61,459 nucleotides of DNA, filler included, from Hausera hauseri (GCA_046269625.1; 10 parts of 10 records of this genome joined end to end with filler, not necessarily neighbours in it), one strand, 5' to 3'; positions 24,960 to 38,340 are shown, counted from the first letter of the whole stretch. Program-made: numbers and translations. Notes: generated by a model from the sequence alone, not told the origin.

Positions 24960-26750
24960 AAAATTTTACAGGAGAATCCTGTTAATGTGAATATTTCATA
25001 TACGTTGATGATGGCTTAGATCACTGCTTTAATTAGCTGGACTAGAAAGTAAATGGCTAAGAATCCAGATGCGGCTTGTCCGAAAATTAAAAATCTTCCC
25101 CATATCTTATACAATATTTCCGAAGTTACTCTCTGATATAGTGATTAGCGCCGAGTAACGACTCTCATTTTGCTTGAAAGCGAGTATCGTCAATTACCAT
25201 TGACATGGCCAAATTTAGTTCATACGTTCTTTGTCTCGGAAATGCCAAGAACTGTCTAAAGGCTTCTATGTCCTTTGGATTATAAATTCCTTTATTGACC
25301 GTGTCTTCGAACTTCTCTTCTGATAATCCTTTGATTAGATTTGTTCCGATTAGCTTACTAGGGGCTGCAGCAGCGCCTGCATTAGGCAAACTTATCCAGT
25401 CGGTTCCGCTACGTCAAAACATAGGTTCACCTAGGCTCGTTTTGTATTCCTGCAATATTGTTGGTTCTGTTGAGTTTGCCAATAATACTCTGGTTAGTGG
25501 CATCGCTAGTCTTGGCATATTCTCATAGATAATCGGTAATTCTTGCATGCATTTTTTCTCTTCTACGTTGATCGGTACGTCTCTTTTCTCACATTCGTAA
25601 GTTAATAGGACTTATCCAGTAACTCGTCCAAAAACACCTTCTTTCGTCGGTATATTTGGTGATGCCAATTTTGGGTTGACGAAAATTAAGGCCAGTTTGG
25701 TTCTTATGACTTCAGTATCTAATTTGTAGTCATTCGTTATCATTTTGTGGTATAGTTCTGCTATTCAGATTTGTCCTTTGTAATAGAAATAGTCGTCTCG
25801 TTTTTTGAGATAATCCTCAATCTGCATGTCTTACGTTTTTAAATCATACGTTTTTATATTAACTTCGGTTTCTGTTACGAAAAATGCTTCGTAGTTTGTG
25901 GCATACTTAACTACTTCGCAGAGTGTTAACATATCTTTTATAATGAACTTTAACCCATGCGCAGCCGATATCAATATCGTTGGAGTCGGTTGTTCTATTA
26001 CGTCTTCCCTCGATCTGGTATTAGTGTGTATTTTATTTGTATAACGTTTTCTGGTAGTCTTATTAAACTTTAACACTTTGATTTTAATGAAATTACATTT
26101 TCTTTTGGAAAGTGGACTGCATACAACGACTGAACTTAAGAATGTATAAGCTCCATCTTGTATGTAACATTTTTATTTTCAGTAAATAGTTTAGTAACGC
26201 TATAAAATATCGCCTTTAGAGATCTTAACTCGGTTTCGTAAAAATCTACAACTACTATTCATTCTTCTATTCTTTTTCCCATATCGTATTCCGCTTCGGC
26301 TCAGTAACCGGTGTGCATATTTAATTTTCCAACTGCCACTTTGTAGGTTATAATTATCTTTCATTCTTGGGCTTCCAATTCCATGTTATTCCAAACCATT
26401 TTACCGGTTAACCGGGCTCCTAACCAGTGCTGTCTATGCACATTCATCGGGATTAATGGTTTAGTTGGCTTGATTACTGAAGAATGCCCGTGCATATTAC
26501 CACAATGAAAAACGCTGCGAGATCTTTGTATCATGCATTCCGTTGCATCCATTGCGGTTAATTGTCGTTGTTCATATAATATATACCTTTTTTCTGTTCT
26601 CTCGAGCTTATGGGGTCTCGCATCTTCGCATGTTTCCAAGTCCATTAAGGAATATTTCTGACCCATTTTGAATTTGTCACAGTTGTATATGGTAACTGCC
26701 CCTAACTGTTTTACTAGCACCATTATCGTCAGCGAGTTGATTAACCAACT
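24960..26750 (-). pseudogene. env: Envelope glycoprotein, chuvirus-G/herpes-gB-like (class III)
   Basis: Signal-like SLTIMVLVKQLGA; IYNCD...YSLMDLETC...EC..QRSRSVFHCGNMHGH; KCMQELPI...PLTRVL; GIYNPKDIEAFRQFLAFP; transmembrane WGRFLIFGQAASGFLAIYFLVQLIKAVI. Confidence 0.8.
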
Positions 26751-28429
26751 GGATTCGTTTCCTTTATGCAGAGAGATATTTCGTATCATGTCGTCTAAGT
26801 TATTTATTCCTTTTATCTTGTCCTCTTTTTCGAATAATTTAGTCCATTTAATTTCTTTAGGTATCCTCCTCGCGTCTCTACCATCCCGACTTCTACATCA
26901 CTTGATGATTGAAAAGTTGAATTATCCATATTTATTATAAAAGTTGNNNNNNNNNNNNNNNNNNNNNNNNNNNNNNNNNNNNNNNNNNNNTTAATTAATT
27001 AANNNNNNNNNNNNNNNNNNNNNNNNNNNNNNNNNNNNNNNNNNNNTGCATTTCAATAATAATTCATTTTGCCGAGCCGTCGAACAATTGTGGCCTGAAG
27101 GCAGGAGATTGAAATACAATATTTTTGAAATATAATACTACACCAACAGTTGGACTATCAAACATGATATCTGTACATAATTGTGATTCACAGTTTTTGG
27201 TATTGTTGATATAAAAATGTATCGTTTCTTGACGTAAGCTTGTAAATTATACCCACGATGACAGAACTATATAAGCTGCATCTGGATCTGAAAAATGACG
27301 CAGGTTTATTTTATAGAAATTGTATCTGTAATTGTAAATGACACTATTCATCGTATAATTTGTTGATTGAACTTAAGAATACAAGTGATCGTATTTCCTT
27401 TTCGTTGTTCTTTTGGTTTGGAAGGTACCGTCGTAGTTAATAACAATAATTTTCCTTCATTTCCCATAAATCACGTAACCTTATATCGGGTTCTGCCGTA
27501 TTGTTTGACAACTAAATAAAGTTTGTAGCCTTTAAGTCAAGCTTAGTGGCTTCCACGGAAAGTAATTATTGAGGTTAAGTGGCAAATAAATTGAGGCCTT
27601 TGGGAGTAAACCCAGTGGTCCTTAGGGAATTATTTGTATTCACGAGTAAGGCTAAAGCAAGTTTTATTGGAGCTCCGTCTCGGTAATTCAGTACAAAATA
27701 AAATCCAATAGTTAAAGGCGGTTGACTTAGGTCTTTGGGAGTTAACAATATGCAATTTTAAAAATCAAATATTCTAATGTATCGATAAATTTTTATTGCT
27801 GAATAAATGGCATGAGTCAAGAGTATTATCATTAATAACACTTTCATCGTGCTCATTTCATCATTTTCTGCTACTCATTGACGTCGGTGGTAGACAAATA
27901 GTTAACCGCCATGCATCGTTTTTCAAATGTGCTATGTATTTGTTTTGTCCGAAATATATTGTTTGTGTGTTTGTGCTGAAAATTTGTGGAAGTGTATTTG
28001 ATATTCTTTGTTCAATATGATTCATCGTTGCTCTCGTTTTGTGAACATTGTGTATGTTGTCTACAATTTGACAATAAATTGGTTGTGAAAAATTTTCATC
28101 CGTGTATCATTTCAGTTGAAGTAAATATAAACGTCATTTTGGTGAATTCAATGTTTGGTGCATTGGTGGATAGTTATCTATCAATTTCCTTTGAAAATAA
28201 TTGTCTACAAACAGTAAAACTCAGGCATGCAAGAAAATACATTTAATTTAATTTTCAACAACCATGCAACGATAATTGTTTTCGGGGTCTCTCTCCGGGA
28301 GCCTTCTACTACCTTTTATTCCATTGCCCTCCTTGAACAAATGAAACGTTTTATTTAACAGAAAACAATTGATATGAATAATATTAATGATCATAAATAA
28401 ATTACATTTATCTGTCCAATTGTCTTTCA

Positions 28430-28815
28430 AGGTTTTCCAACAAGATTCAGCAATTTCCTTCGTCTTCATACTAACCATTGAAAATATTTCTTCCCAGAAA
28501 AGTGATTTTGTTTCGCCTTTTTATTTAATGCGAATTTTAAGATTACCACTGTCATTAATAACATTAAATGTACAATGTTTCATATTGTCTTGCGCCGATG
28601 GCTCTTCAAATTTACTACCAATGAGTCTTCTGATATCAAATACGGTATTATTGAGGTTCATTGCCGCTTGATCTTTTACAGTATCACTCAGTCTTTTAGT
28701 ATCCGTGAAGGCAACATAACTTGAGTTATTCGGTTTCCTTGATCATTTATGATTATTTCATGTTTGCCGTGAACGCAGGAACATGTCGTTCCAAGGTTAA
28801 TTCCAACAACGGCAG
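28430..28815 (-). pseudogene. hsp70: Hsp70 N-terminal fragment
   Basis: [12 protein letters not shown]...[16 protein letters not shown]...[23 protein letters not shown]...EEIFSMV..KTKEIAE. Confidence 0.88.
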
Positions 28816-29610
28816 AAAGCAAAAGGTTATGGTATGAAAATTTAAATTTTTATTATCAAGAATTTTATTGATTATTATTTCATATTAACAATATTTGAGT
28901 GGCACTTCTGAACTATATGCCTATTACATTGAAGTACGCCTAATCAATAAATGAAATATTAATGATTCACATCTATAAATATTTTCTTAAAAATGTCTCG
29001 AGGACAGAAGCTTTGGAGTTCTGATTTTTTGTCCGCTGTCATTCGATATGAATAACTATATCTGATGGATATCTATTTAAATTTGGCATAGAATATTTTC
29101 TAATCACTGTTGATTTCGTATCAAGAAATTTGGGGTTTAACGCACTGTTACTGTCTATTTTTTATTTACATTCATTCTAATTTTAGCACAAACAAAACCA
29201 AACAAACAATGTTTATTAAACATATAGATACATTATATACAATTTCATTTTTAATCCAAACTTCAATTGAAACATTTTTTAATTTTTGTAACTAATCAGG
29301 TTTATCCAACTTTCAACTTACCTTCGGCATGCATATTGGGAAAAATTTAATATGAAATTAGATAAATCAAGAGTAGAAGTTTTAATTATTTGGTACCGTA
29401 TTTACTGATTGATGTTTAAATGCTTTTTAATGCACTAAACAATGAAAATACTGTTCTTTAGTGGCGTGTCGAAAGTGAGAAAGAATTTATTGCCCAATAT
29501 CTTTTCTTTTTAGGGACATGCAAAATTTTCCAATTTTGGTCCTTTTTTTATGAAAAATTAAACCGGAAGAAATTTAAAATTTGTAAAAATATTATTGTGG
29601 GAACCGTATA

Positions 29611-30727
29611 AGTATGTAGAAGTGAGTTCTCCACCGCACTTCTCTGATTGGTCCGCCGACCAGTTTTCCCCACCTGATTGGATATTCTGAACATTTCACT
29701 AAAATTTTCTCACGACCCCCTCCAGCAAATGAGGTCGAGCAAAGAGGTTCGGACCAGGTGGTATCGATAGCGCGTGACAAGGTGAGAAAAAGCTAACACA
29801 GGTGCCGCTTACAGAAATGTAAGGAAGAGGCGCTAGAAGAGGAAGAAGCAAAACAGGAAATGCTCTACGTGTAACGCGAAACATGTTGCTAGCACTGAGA
29901 AAATGTGTACAAGGGGTAAATCGATATTGACGATTGCAATGGACACTGTTGTAAGTCGGTCAGACCATGGGAACATAGGGAAAAATCGATGGGAAAATTT
30001 CAAATAGGTAAAATTTCCCCATGTTTAAGTCTGCCGGTGATGTAAATTGGTCTAATATATTGCCCATACGCTGGGGAAAATTTCATATTATAGCCGCCTC
30101 ACGATCAGACGAATGGATCGGGGTGAAAAATGCAATCAAACGAACCAACCAACCAAAAAAGCTCAATGTAAAGTCGGTAGGTGGAAGTGTCCTCTCCTAC
30201 CCACTTCCCAAAAAGTGATCAGATCGAGCTGAAAACCAGTTTTCTCTACCCATCTCGCAATTCTGATCATTTCACGTTTTGTAGTCGGAGACCCCTCATC
30301 CGGAAGCACATGTCACCGGCGGAAATCGGTAGAGCTGGATGAGGCGAGAAAATTTTTCTGGCGAGGTGAGAGTCAAAAATATTACTGGGCGGCGCTAGAA
30401 GCAAAAGAAGCAAAACAAGAATTGTTTTATGAGAAACAAGACATGAGTTACGAATTGCGCAATGTTTGGCGCAAATGTCAAATCAATGTCGGGGAATCAA
30501 ATGCGCACAATTTCAACGTTGTCTGACCGTGGGAACATGGGGAAAAATTGATGGGGAAATTTCAAACTCTAAAAATTTCCCATTGTTCAAGTCTACTGGT
30601 TGTGGAAATTGGTAGATCACGTAGTCCATCAGTAGTTGAGCATTTCCTATTATAGACGCCTCACGATTAGACCAATGGATCGGGGTGAAAAATGCAACCG
30701 AACCAAAGAAACGCATTGTTAAAAGTC
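29611..30727. repeat. Maverick terminal region, two diverged tandem units of about 560 bp
   Basis: Units 29611-30170 and 30172-30727 share blocks (gctagaag, accatgggaacat, ggaaaatttcaaa, gcctcacga, ggggtgaaaa) with each other and with 3094-3696. Confidence 0.65.
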
Positions 30728-30813
30728 AAAATCATCATTATCGTTGTAAATGTGTTCGTTTGTAGAAAAATCGTGAATTTTATTTTGTACGACGACGAAC
30801 AAGTTACCATGAG

Positions 30814-31034
30814 CATATTCGGACTCACCGCAATGAGTTGAGTGTGGAAAAATTTCGGATTGATCCGGTTTCGGACACCTACATATTCGGACTCACCGCA
30901 ATGATTTGAGTGGGGAAAAATTTCAGACTGATCCGGTTTCGGACACCTACATATTCGGACTCACCGCAATGAGTTGAGTGGGAAAAAATTTTGGACTTAC
31001 CCGGTTCCGGACACCTGCATATTCGGACTCACCA
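30814..31034. repeat. 68-bp tandem repeat, three units plus a partial
   Basis: catattcggactcacc starts at 30814, 30882, 30950 and 31018. Confidence 0.92.
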
Positions 31035-31939
31035 AAAAATTGCTGCTTTCCGGATAAATTGCACGGAGTAGCGGTACACGTACTCCACCAACCAAAATCG
31101 GTTCGGTCACGTTCACGTAAATGTACATTTGACTTAGTCCCGTTTTCAGTTTGGGTTTAAGTGTTGCAAGATGTGCCACCGCGGCAGCCGTCGATGCCTC
31201 AAACCGCTGTTTTTCAATACTCAATATCATGGCCAAAGCTTTGTCCAATGAAATGTCGACAGTTTCCTTAGCCAGTTCAAATTTAATGTACCCATTTGAA
31301 TCTGACTCGAAAACTTTAAATATCGCCTTGTACTTTTGATTTGAAGAAAAAAAATGTTAAGAGATGTGCTACAGATTCGCAATAGACATTGTTTCCAATC
31401 GATACATATGACGCTGACACCCTTTATGTTATATAGGTAAATTTCACCGTTGTCTGGTAATGTACGGGACATAATCTTGGGCCAACTACATATTCACTTT
31501 TAATATGTTTACCTTTGTACTCTGTATTTTTGAATTCAAATTTCTGCGCCATCTCAGAGGACTCAAAGGTAACAGTTAATTCAAAATCTGCCATAAAATG
31601 TAAGTTTCGATCTAAAATAAAAACACCGATTTTGCCGTGTAAACCGTAATTTGCTTCGGTCGTGCAAATGGTCGATTCTGCAACTGTTATTTTATTATTA
31701 GTATGTGTCAGAGGACAAGAATGTGTTTTGGTTTTAGTAACAGTCTTGTTATATGTTATTTTCATACTACATTTCAATGTCACCGGTGCGTAGGGAAAGT
31801 TAAATTCCGTCAGTGCAACCTCCCATTGTCCAGCAGATAAATCTAAAGGACTGTTCCAATCTACAACGTATTCACTGGCTGAATTGTTCGGACGAGTCGT
31901 CGGACAACTGTTGCTCAGCAAAACCATGTAAATACTCAT
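31035..31939 (-). pseudogene. Penton/minor capsid gene 2, 3'-truncated
   Basis: MSIYMVLLSNS...WEVALTEFNFPY; later MYIYVNVTEPILVGGVRVPLLRAI. Confidence 0.8.
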
Positions 31940-31990
31940 GATCTCGATGATGATGATGATGGTGATGATGGTGATGACGCAGTTTGTTTA

Positions 31991-32490
31991 TTATCGACGT
32001 TGACGACGTCGATAATGTAACGTCAAATGTGTAGTTGATCCAAACAGAAATTTAATGGGTTCCCAAAATGCATGAAGCACATACACGGAAATACTGTGCA
32101 CAATATTCTGAGACAATGATAAGTACATAGGTCTGAACATAATAACGTGAACAGTTTCACCCGATGTTTTGTACGTGTCAGAATCCAGTTCGATATAAGC
32201 CAGCAGTTGTTTACGTTCTCCACCAACAATTACGGATTCGGTTAAGTCCGTTAAAATGTTGATTCGGTGAAATGCTCCGTAGAGTTGTGGTTTGTATTTG
32301 GCAACAATAGATCGTCTAACAATGTTTTGATAGAATTCGCGTTGTGAAAAACCCAGATTCCGAGCCAATAATTCATTAAAGGCAAAATATGTAACATTGT
32401 CATGTAGTATAATCGAAATATGACCATCTGCGTTTATTTCACATATCTTTACTGCTAATGTAGCCGTTTTCTTACGTACTCAATTCCAGT
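31991..32490 (-). pseudogene. Penton/minor capsid gene 1, C-terminal half
   Basis: LGF...NILTDLTESVIVGGERKQLL...FRPMYL...THLTLHYRR. Confidence 0.8.
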
Positions 32491-33412
32491 TCCTGAATAC
32501 GATATACATCGGTTTTCTCGGGCAGTACCTGCAGTTCCTGTTCGTAGAATTTACCACATATTTCCTCACCGTTTTCATTGTCTAAATCGTACATGGCAGG
32601 TGTTTGTTTTGTGTTGATTGCCGAAATACGGAAAACCTCGTCGCTCCAATTCTGATTGAAATTCTTAATGAATGGCGTCGCTCTTATTTTCGAAATACGT
32701 ACATAATCACCGATTTTATACTTGGGACGACGTTTAGTTGATCGTCGTCGGTTTTGATAAAGCCATATGTCCAAATCATCGATTACGTCAAGCGGCCGTA
32801 ATCTATTGATGCCACGATGTGTCGAATGATTGTAGGCATGAATAATATCCGGCTGTACATCTACCCAGCGTTTGTTGCCTTGCTTCGTAAAGAATTTGTT
32901 TAGGCGACCGCGCAATGTTCAATTAAGTCTTTCAACGAGTACAGCCTTGTATTGGGAAAACACAGTAATTGTTTACGCCGAATCGTTTCAAGGCTGCTGC
33001 AAAATGGGCGTTGTAGAATTCCTTACCCAAATCCGTTTGTAAATGTTTCGATTGTTGTTGTTGTATTAATGTCTGGACATCGTCGGCAATCTCTACCGGA
33101 TTTAGATTTCACAGCAATCGCACGTGCAAAACGACTAAACACATCAATACATGTCAGCACGTACCGATACCTATCGTTGATGCCGGCGTACGGAATCATT
33201 TCCATCAGATCCATTTGTCATACATTATTTACACTGGCAGCACGGTGTGTACGAGTTGGAAACCGCATTCTTATCGATTTGTTTAGGCTGTATGCTAACT
33301 GTTTCCCGAGCCAACGTTGGATCTGTTGCCGAGTCTGTTTGACAGTCTTTGCCAGTTTGTCGACGATAGTATAACCGACGGGATTACGCGGGTCGAACCA
33401 CACGTCGCCCAT
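32490..33412 (-). pseudogene. Maverick/Polinton retroviral-like integrase
   Basis: WFDPRNPVGY; QMDL; YVLTCIDVFSRFA; YNHSTHRGI; GDYVRISK...NWSDEVFRI...GKFYEQELQ. Confidence 0.92.
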
Positions 33413-33668
33413 CTTTACCGTCGATGGTGTCGGTTTTCCTTTCAGTACAATAATTAGAACGAAACGTAAATGAAAGATTCGGTAAACTGGAACAGAAAGA
33501 TGAAAACCATGCACCCATATCGTCGAATCATTATATACTCACCGTCATTGTTTATACTATCATGTTGTNNNNNNNNNNNNNNNNNNNNNNNNNNNNNNNN
33601 NNNNNNNNNNNNTTAATTAATTAANNNNNNNNNNNNNNNNNNNNNNNNNNNNNNNNNNNNNNNNNNNN

Positions 33669-33960
33669 CAGGCTACAACAAAAATGATGCCTACCACCAG
33701 CTAAACAGAAAAGAACAGGTGACTATATTCAGACTCTGCACAGGACACAGCAGACTTAAGAACCACGTGTTCAATAGACCTGATGAACGTCATTGCAGCT
33801 CTGAGAAAATGACGACTGAACACCTGATGCAGGAATGCCTATTAAATGAAAAACACAGAAAAGATTCTGTGTCTGTCCTCAATTGACTGTCCAAGACATG
33901 CTGCATGGAAGAGGTCGAGACCTCAAGATAGCCGCCGCCTTCTAAAATATTCTGAAGGTG
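33669..33960 (+). mobile_element. Non-LTR retrotransposon 3' end (I/R1-like)
   Basis: LNRKEQVTIFRLCTGHSRLKNH...TTEHLMQEC C-terminal zinc-knuckle region. Confidence 0.6.
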
Positions 33961-34929
33961 TAGAAGAAGAAAACTCTGAATTTTAATCATTGGTTTATGA
34001 CATTCATACTATTTTGTTTTATTTATAGTTTTCTTTGCTCAGATACTTTTTTTAAAATCTGAGCTGTGGGGTGACAATAATTCAGGGTAGCATATGTATT
34101 TTGGTAATATGGTACTCATTTTTATTTAATATTTATCAAATGCAGTTCTGTATAATTATTGATATTAATAAAGGTTAACGTGTTAATGAAATTTTAGACA
34201 CAGTGTTGCTTCCTAAATTTTAATGTACTGTAGTTGATTTTTGTGTTAAATGGTAGCATAGAGTCAGTACCTCGTGGTGTTATTAGCTTGTGAACTGTAA
34301 GTTAAACTTGGATTGGACAACTGTGTTCTTATGATGGTATGGGCATTTGAAATATTGTTGACCTCTTTCATGCCTCATGACATGGCTTATCCATTGCCAT
34401 CTTTTCCCTTTTGTATCAAGCATGATATCATTCATATTTGATGTTTATCTAATTCTGTCATTGCGTGTCCTGTAGTCCTGAATAATGCATTTCAGATATG
34501 AGGGGAATAAAATCTAGGACACCTGGCAATAGCACTCATATTACAATGAAGGTGATACTTACAGTTTGACATACTTAATACAATTCTTATTGTCGTTTGA
34601 TACCTGACATATACAGTTATTACTGGTGTGCTCTCTGGTACAACAAATGTTTATCTCCTTTCAGATCTGTCGATGCCTACTTGTTAGCTAATTCAGATTG
34701 TGTGGCCTAGCTATTTTCATCTCCTTCTACTGCCTGACTACCCAAGTATAAACAGTGTCTTCTATGGCAGGCCACAGCAGCTTATTAAAACTGCACAGAA
34801 CCACATATTGGCATCAAAGTCAACAAGAGCTAATACTTGAGATAGGAAGACATGAAAATGTTTAAAATGAAGACTGGACATGACAGAGTAAAACTGAATC
34901 TGAGATGTGTATTCTGAAAAGTGTTGTTT

Positions 34930-37345
34930 TCATGGCGGTAGATAGTCTGTGCTAAGTAAATGTTTGAAAATTGCCTTGTTAAAGGAGCAGCCTGTTGGTA
35001 AACTTTTGATGGAGTGTGGGAGGCTGTTCCATAGATGTGCACCAGAGTACGAAAGGCTCTTTTTGTAATGTTCAATCCTGGGTTTGGTTAGTATGAGCTG
35101 ATGCAATCTGCGACCATCTCTTCGGCTGGTGTTAAACAGTGGTACCAAATAACAGACGGAGTGGTTAGATAGAATTGTGTGTGTAAATTTGGCCTTGTAG
35201 AGAAAGCGTTTTCTAAGTGGTAATATTTTAGAAACCACTTTTTTCCTGGTGTCATGTTTAAGGTGCTTGTCAGCAATAAGGTTGACTGCTCGTTTGTGTA
35301 AAGAACACATCCGTTTGGTGGTAGATGCAGAGCAACCGTCCCAAACTGTTGAACAATAGTCTAGACGTGATTGGATATGTGAGGTGAAAAAAAAGCTGTC
35401 TTGTATCGTCATCAAGGAAGCGTTTCATTTTTGCCAGTTGGTATGTTTTCTTAGATGTGTTTTTTTTTTTTTTGTTAATTGTTGAACATGTGAGTGCCAT
35501 GTTAAATGTTGATCTATCGTCAATCCTAAAACTGTGTGTTCTGTGACGTGTTCCATTGATGTATTCTCAGTGTGGAGATGAAGCATTTGTTTTGGCATGC
35601 TCTGGAGTTTTTTGTCTTGTTGTAGTAAGCATGGATTTTGTTTTCGAACTATTTAGAAGCATGCGATTTGTTTTGCTCCACTTGATTATATTATGTACAT
35701 TCACTTGAAATGTACTTTCTAGTGAGTCACTATCCATTTCACTTGTGTACATGGTGCAGTCGTCAGCAAAGAGGTCACATGTTGTGTTTGTGCAGTGAAG
35801 TGGCAGATCATTGACATATAATGAAAAAAGCAGAGGCCCAAGGATAGAGCCTTGAGGCACGCCAAATTTTATGGTTGTTCTCGGAGATATCAAATAATTA
35901 TAACAAACTTGCTGGTGTCTGATTGAAAGAAAAGATTTGAACATATCTAATGGTTTATGACCCAGGCTGAATGTTTTTAATTTTTGCATAAGGATGACGT
36001 GGTCAACCATATCAAAGGCGTTCTTGGAAATCAATAAACACGGCACCGCACACCTTATAGTCAATAATACTAGACAGCCAGTTGTCTACTATTCTGGTCA
36101 GGGCTGTGTGACATGAATGTTTTGGCAAGAAACCTGATTGATTTTCAATCAGAAGACCGTTGGATGTTAGGTGTTGGAGTGTAATGTTGTATATGTGTTT
36201 TTCTAGTGGTTTAAAAAGAGATGATAGAAGACATTTTGGTCTATAATTGTTAGGATCGTTTAATGAGCCTGATTTATGTAACGGGTAGACTTTGCCAATT
36301 TTAAATGCAGTGGATAAGTAGTTTTTGGCTATGCATTGATTGTGAATATATGTTAGAGTATCACTGATTATCGGTGCACCATGGTGCAAGATTCTGTTGC
36401 TAATACCATCCAGACCTGAGCAGTTGTTGTTCTTTAGCGCCAGAAGGTATTTATAAACTTGATGGACTGTTAGGAAGGGAATGTTCTCTAGCGTTGGCGT
36501 GTTACATGTTTTATTGAAGCAAGTTTTTTTTTGACCGTTATCATAAGTGACATAGGGTTGATCGAAGATTATATATTTCATTAGTAAAGTGGTTACTAAA
36601 ATGTTGTGCCGTGAGAGTATTTTTAGTTGAGGTGTCTGCTGATTTTCTTTTGTGTGATAGAGTGTTTATTGCTGTCCAAATGTTTTTGTTGTCTGATGTG
36701 TCATGGATCATGTTAAAATGTTTAAAGCTTCTGAAGCGTACTGTGATATGCTCTTGTTTGGGTTATTTAAGTCCTCATTTTGTCCACGTGCAGCATGTAG
36801 GATAGTGACTGTACATTCTGTGATGTGTGCTGGATATGTTGTGTAAATGTGATCGATTAGTGTGGAAGATGTTTCTGTAACCCTGGTTGGCTGATTGACT
36901 ATTTGTGTTAGGTTGTATGAAAGAATGATGTTATTCTATATGTTGTTTTGTTTGTAAAGGTCTATATTGATGTGCCCTAGGAGAATAATTTCTTTTGACG
37001 AGTCCCAGACTTTGTTCAGCTTCAGTGAGAAGTTGTCAAACCAAATGGCTGGGCATTTTCTGTAGAGATAACAAATTAGAATCGAACTTATGTTGGGAGT
37101 TTTATTTCTAGCCAAATGCACTCATCATCAATAGGTTCCAGGTCGAAGCGACGAGTTGCCTATATGGATGTCGAGACGTAGATGGATATACCAGCCTCTA
37201 GTTTTCTGCAAGGATCTCTACGGATTATATTGAAACCATTGATACTAATATCCTTGTCTGTAATGTTATCGTTTAATCGAGACTGCGAGAAGCCGAATGT
37301 TTGAAAGTCAAGAATCAAGACATTTGTTATTTCCGAGAGCTTACC
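34930..37345 (-). mobile_element. CR1/L2-type LINE ORF2 (APE endonuclease + RT), degraded
   Basis: NYRPKCLLS, NQSGF, AFDMVDH, GVPQGSILGPLLFSLYVNDL, LFADD, SRLDYCSTVW; upstream IILLGHINID and SETR-like endonuclease motifs. Confidence 0.9.
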
Positions 37346-38080
37346 TCCTAATAATCAGTGCTGGGATCAGCTTGCTCAATATGTTTACCTTAGATTGAGA
37401 CCCACAGTTTAGAAGTCTCTGTCTTGGTTACAGCTAACTGTTAAAATTATATCTTGTGAATAATATTAACAATTTTATCTTGCCAACATTAATGAACATT
37501 CTGTTGACTGTGCACCACGGTTGTGGTACATTTAAATGGCGCTGTAGAAGAGACTTACAGAGTAAATGTCTGTGCCAGCTACAGTCAGAGTTATATCATC
37601 AGCAAACATAAGATTTTCATCACGCGGGAGTGTTAACAGAATGCCATTAACACAAAAATAGAGCACCTGTTACTGAGCCATGTGGGACGCTTATTGATAA
37701 AGGATGGGGTTGTAATAAGATGTTAATACGAAGAAAAACGCTGTGTTCGGTTTTCAAGAAAGGACTGAACCACTGAGATAGCGTCAAGATACAATTTTAG
37801 TTTATGTAAACGCATTCTGTGGTCTATTCGTTCAAATGCCTTGCATAGATCTATCAACAGAACACCATTAATTTTATTACAGTTTATGTTCGAGTGACCT
37901 GTGTCAGTGAGTTTGGTTAGTAGAGACTGGTAAGAGTGGTTACGTCTAAAACCTGATTGATTCTCATGTAAGAGATTAAATATCATTGATAGAAGTCTGC
38001 ATATGGTTATAAAGAGTCGCTCGAGAGGCTTGGATATTGCAGAAGAAAGTGAAATCCGTCTATACTCTTCTGCAAGTTCA

Positions 38081-38340
38081 GGAGCCGCGGTGGCATAGTG
38101 GTTAGTGAGCTCCTCTGCCGATCGTGTGGTCGTGGGTTCAGTCCCAATTGTGGGCACTGAATTATTTTCGACCAAAACTGTCAGTGGCACACCCAGCCTC
38201 ATAAATGGGTACCGGAGAAATCTCTGAGAAAGTAAAGGCTGACACATAAAGCAATCATGTACCCGTGTCAAGGAAAAATAGGAGACTAAATCTACATTTG
38301 CCTGTACGCCTTATGTAGGCGTGTAATGGACTTTACCCTG
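38081..38340 (+). mobile_element. tRNA-derived SINE
   Basis: A box TGGCATAGTGG, B box GGTTCAGTCCC, CACCCAGCC..AAATGGGTACC core; target-site duplication CTGCAAGTTC at 38070 and 38341. Confidence 0.8.

Larger units (their letters stand above)
22303..26946 (-). mobile_element. Env-bearing Ty3/Gypsy element with order env-PR-RT-RH
   Basis: All domains are collinear on the minus strand within one contig. Confidence 0.8.

Noticed and set aside
27240-27320. Sec7-like motif (FSDPDAAYIVL)
   Set aside because: Too short, with no supporting flanking similarity.
30814-31034. CRISPR-like array
   Set aside because: Whole 68-bp units repeat with no unique spacers, there are no cas genes, and the context is eukaryotic.
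38081-38160. tRNA gene
   Set aside because: The A/B boxes are the head of a SINE with a body, tail and TSD; the same applies to about 39530-39616.
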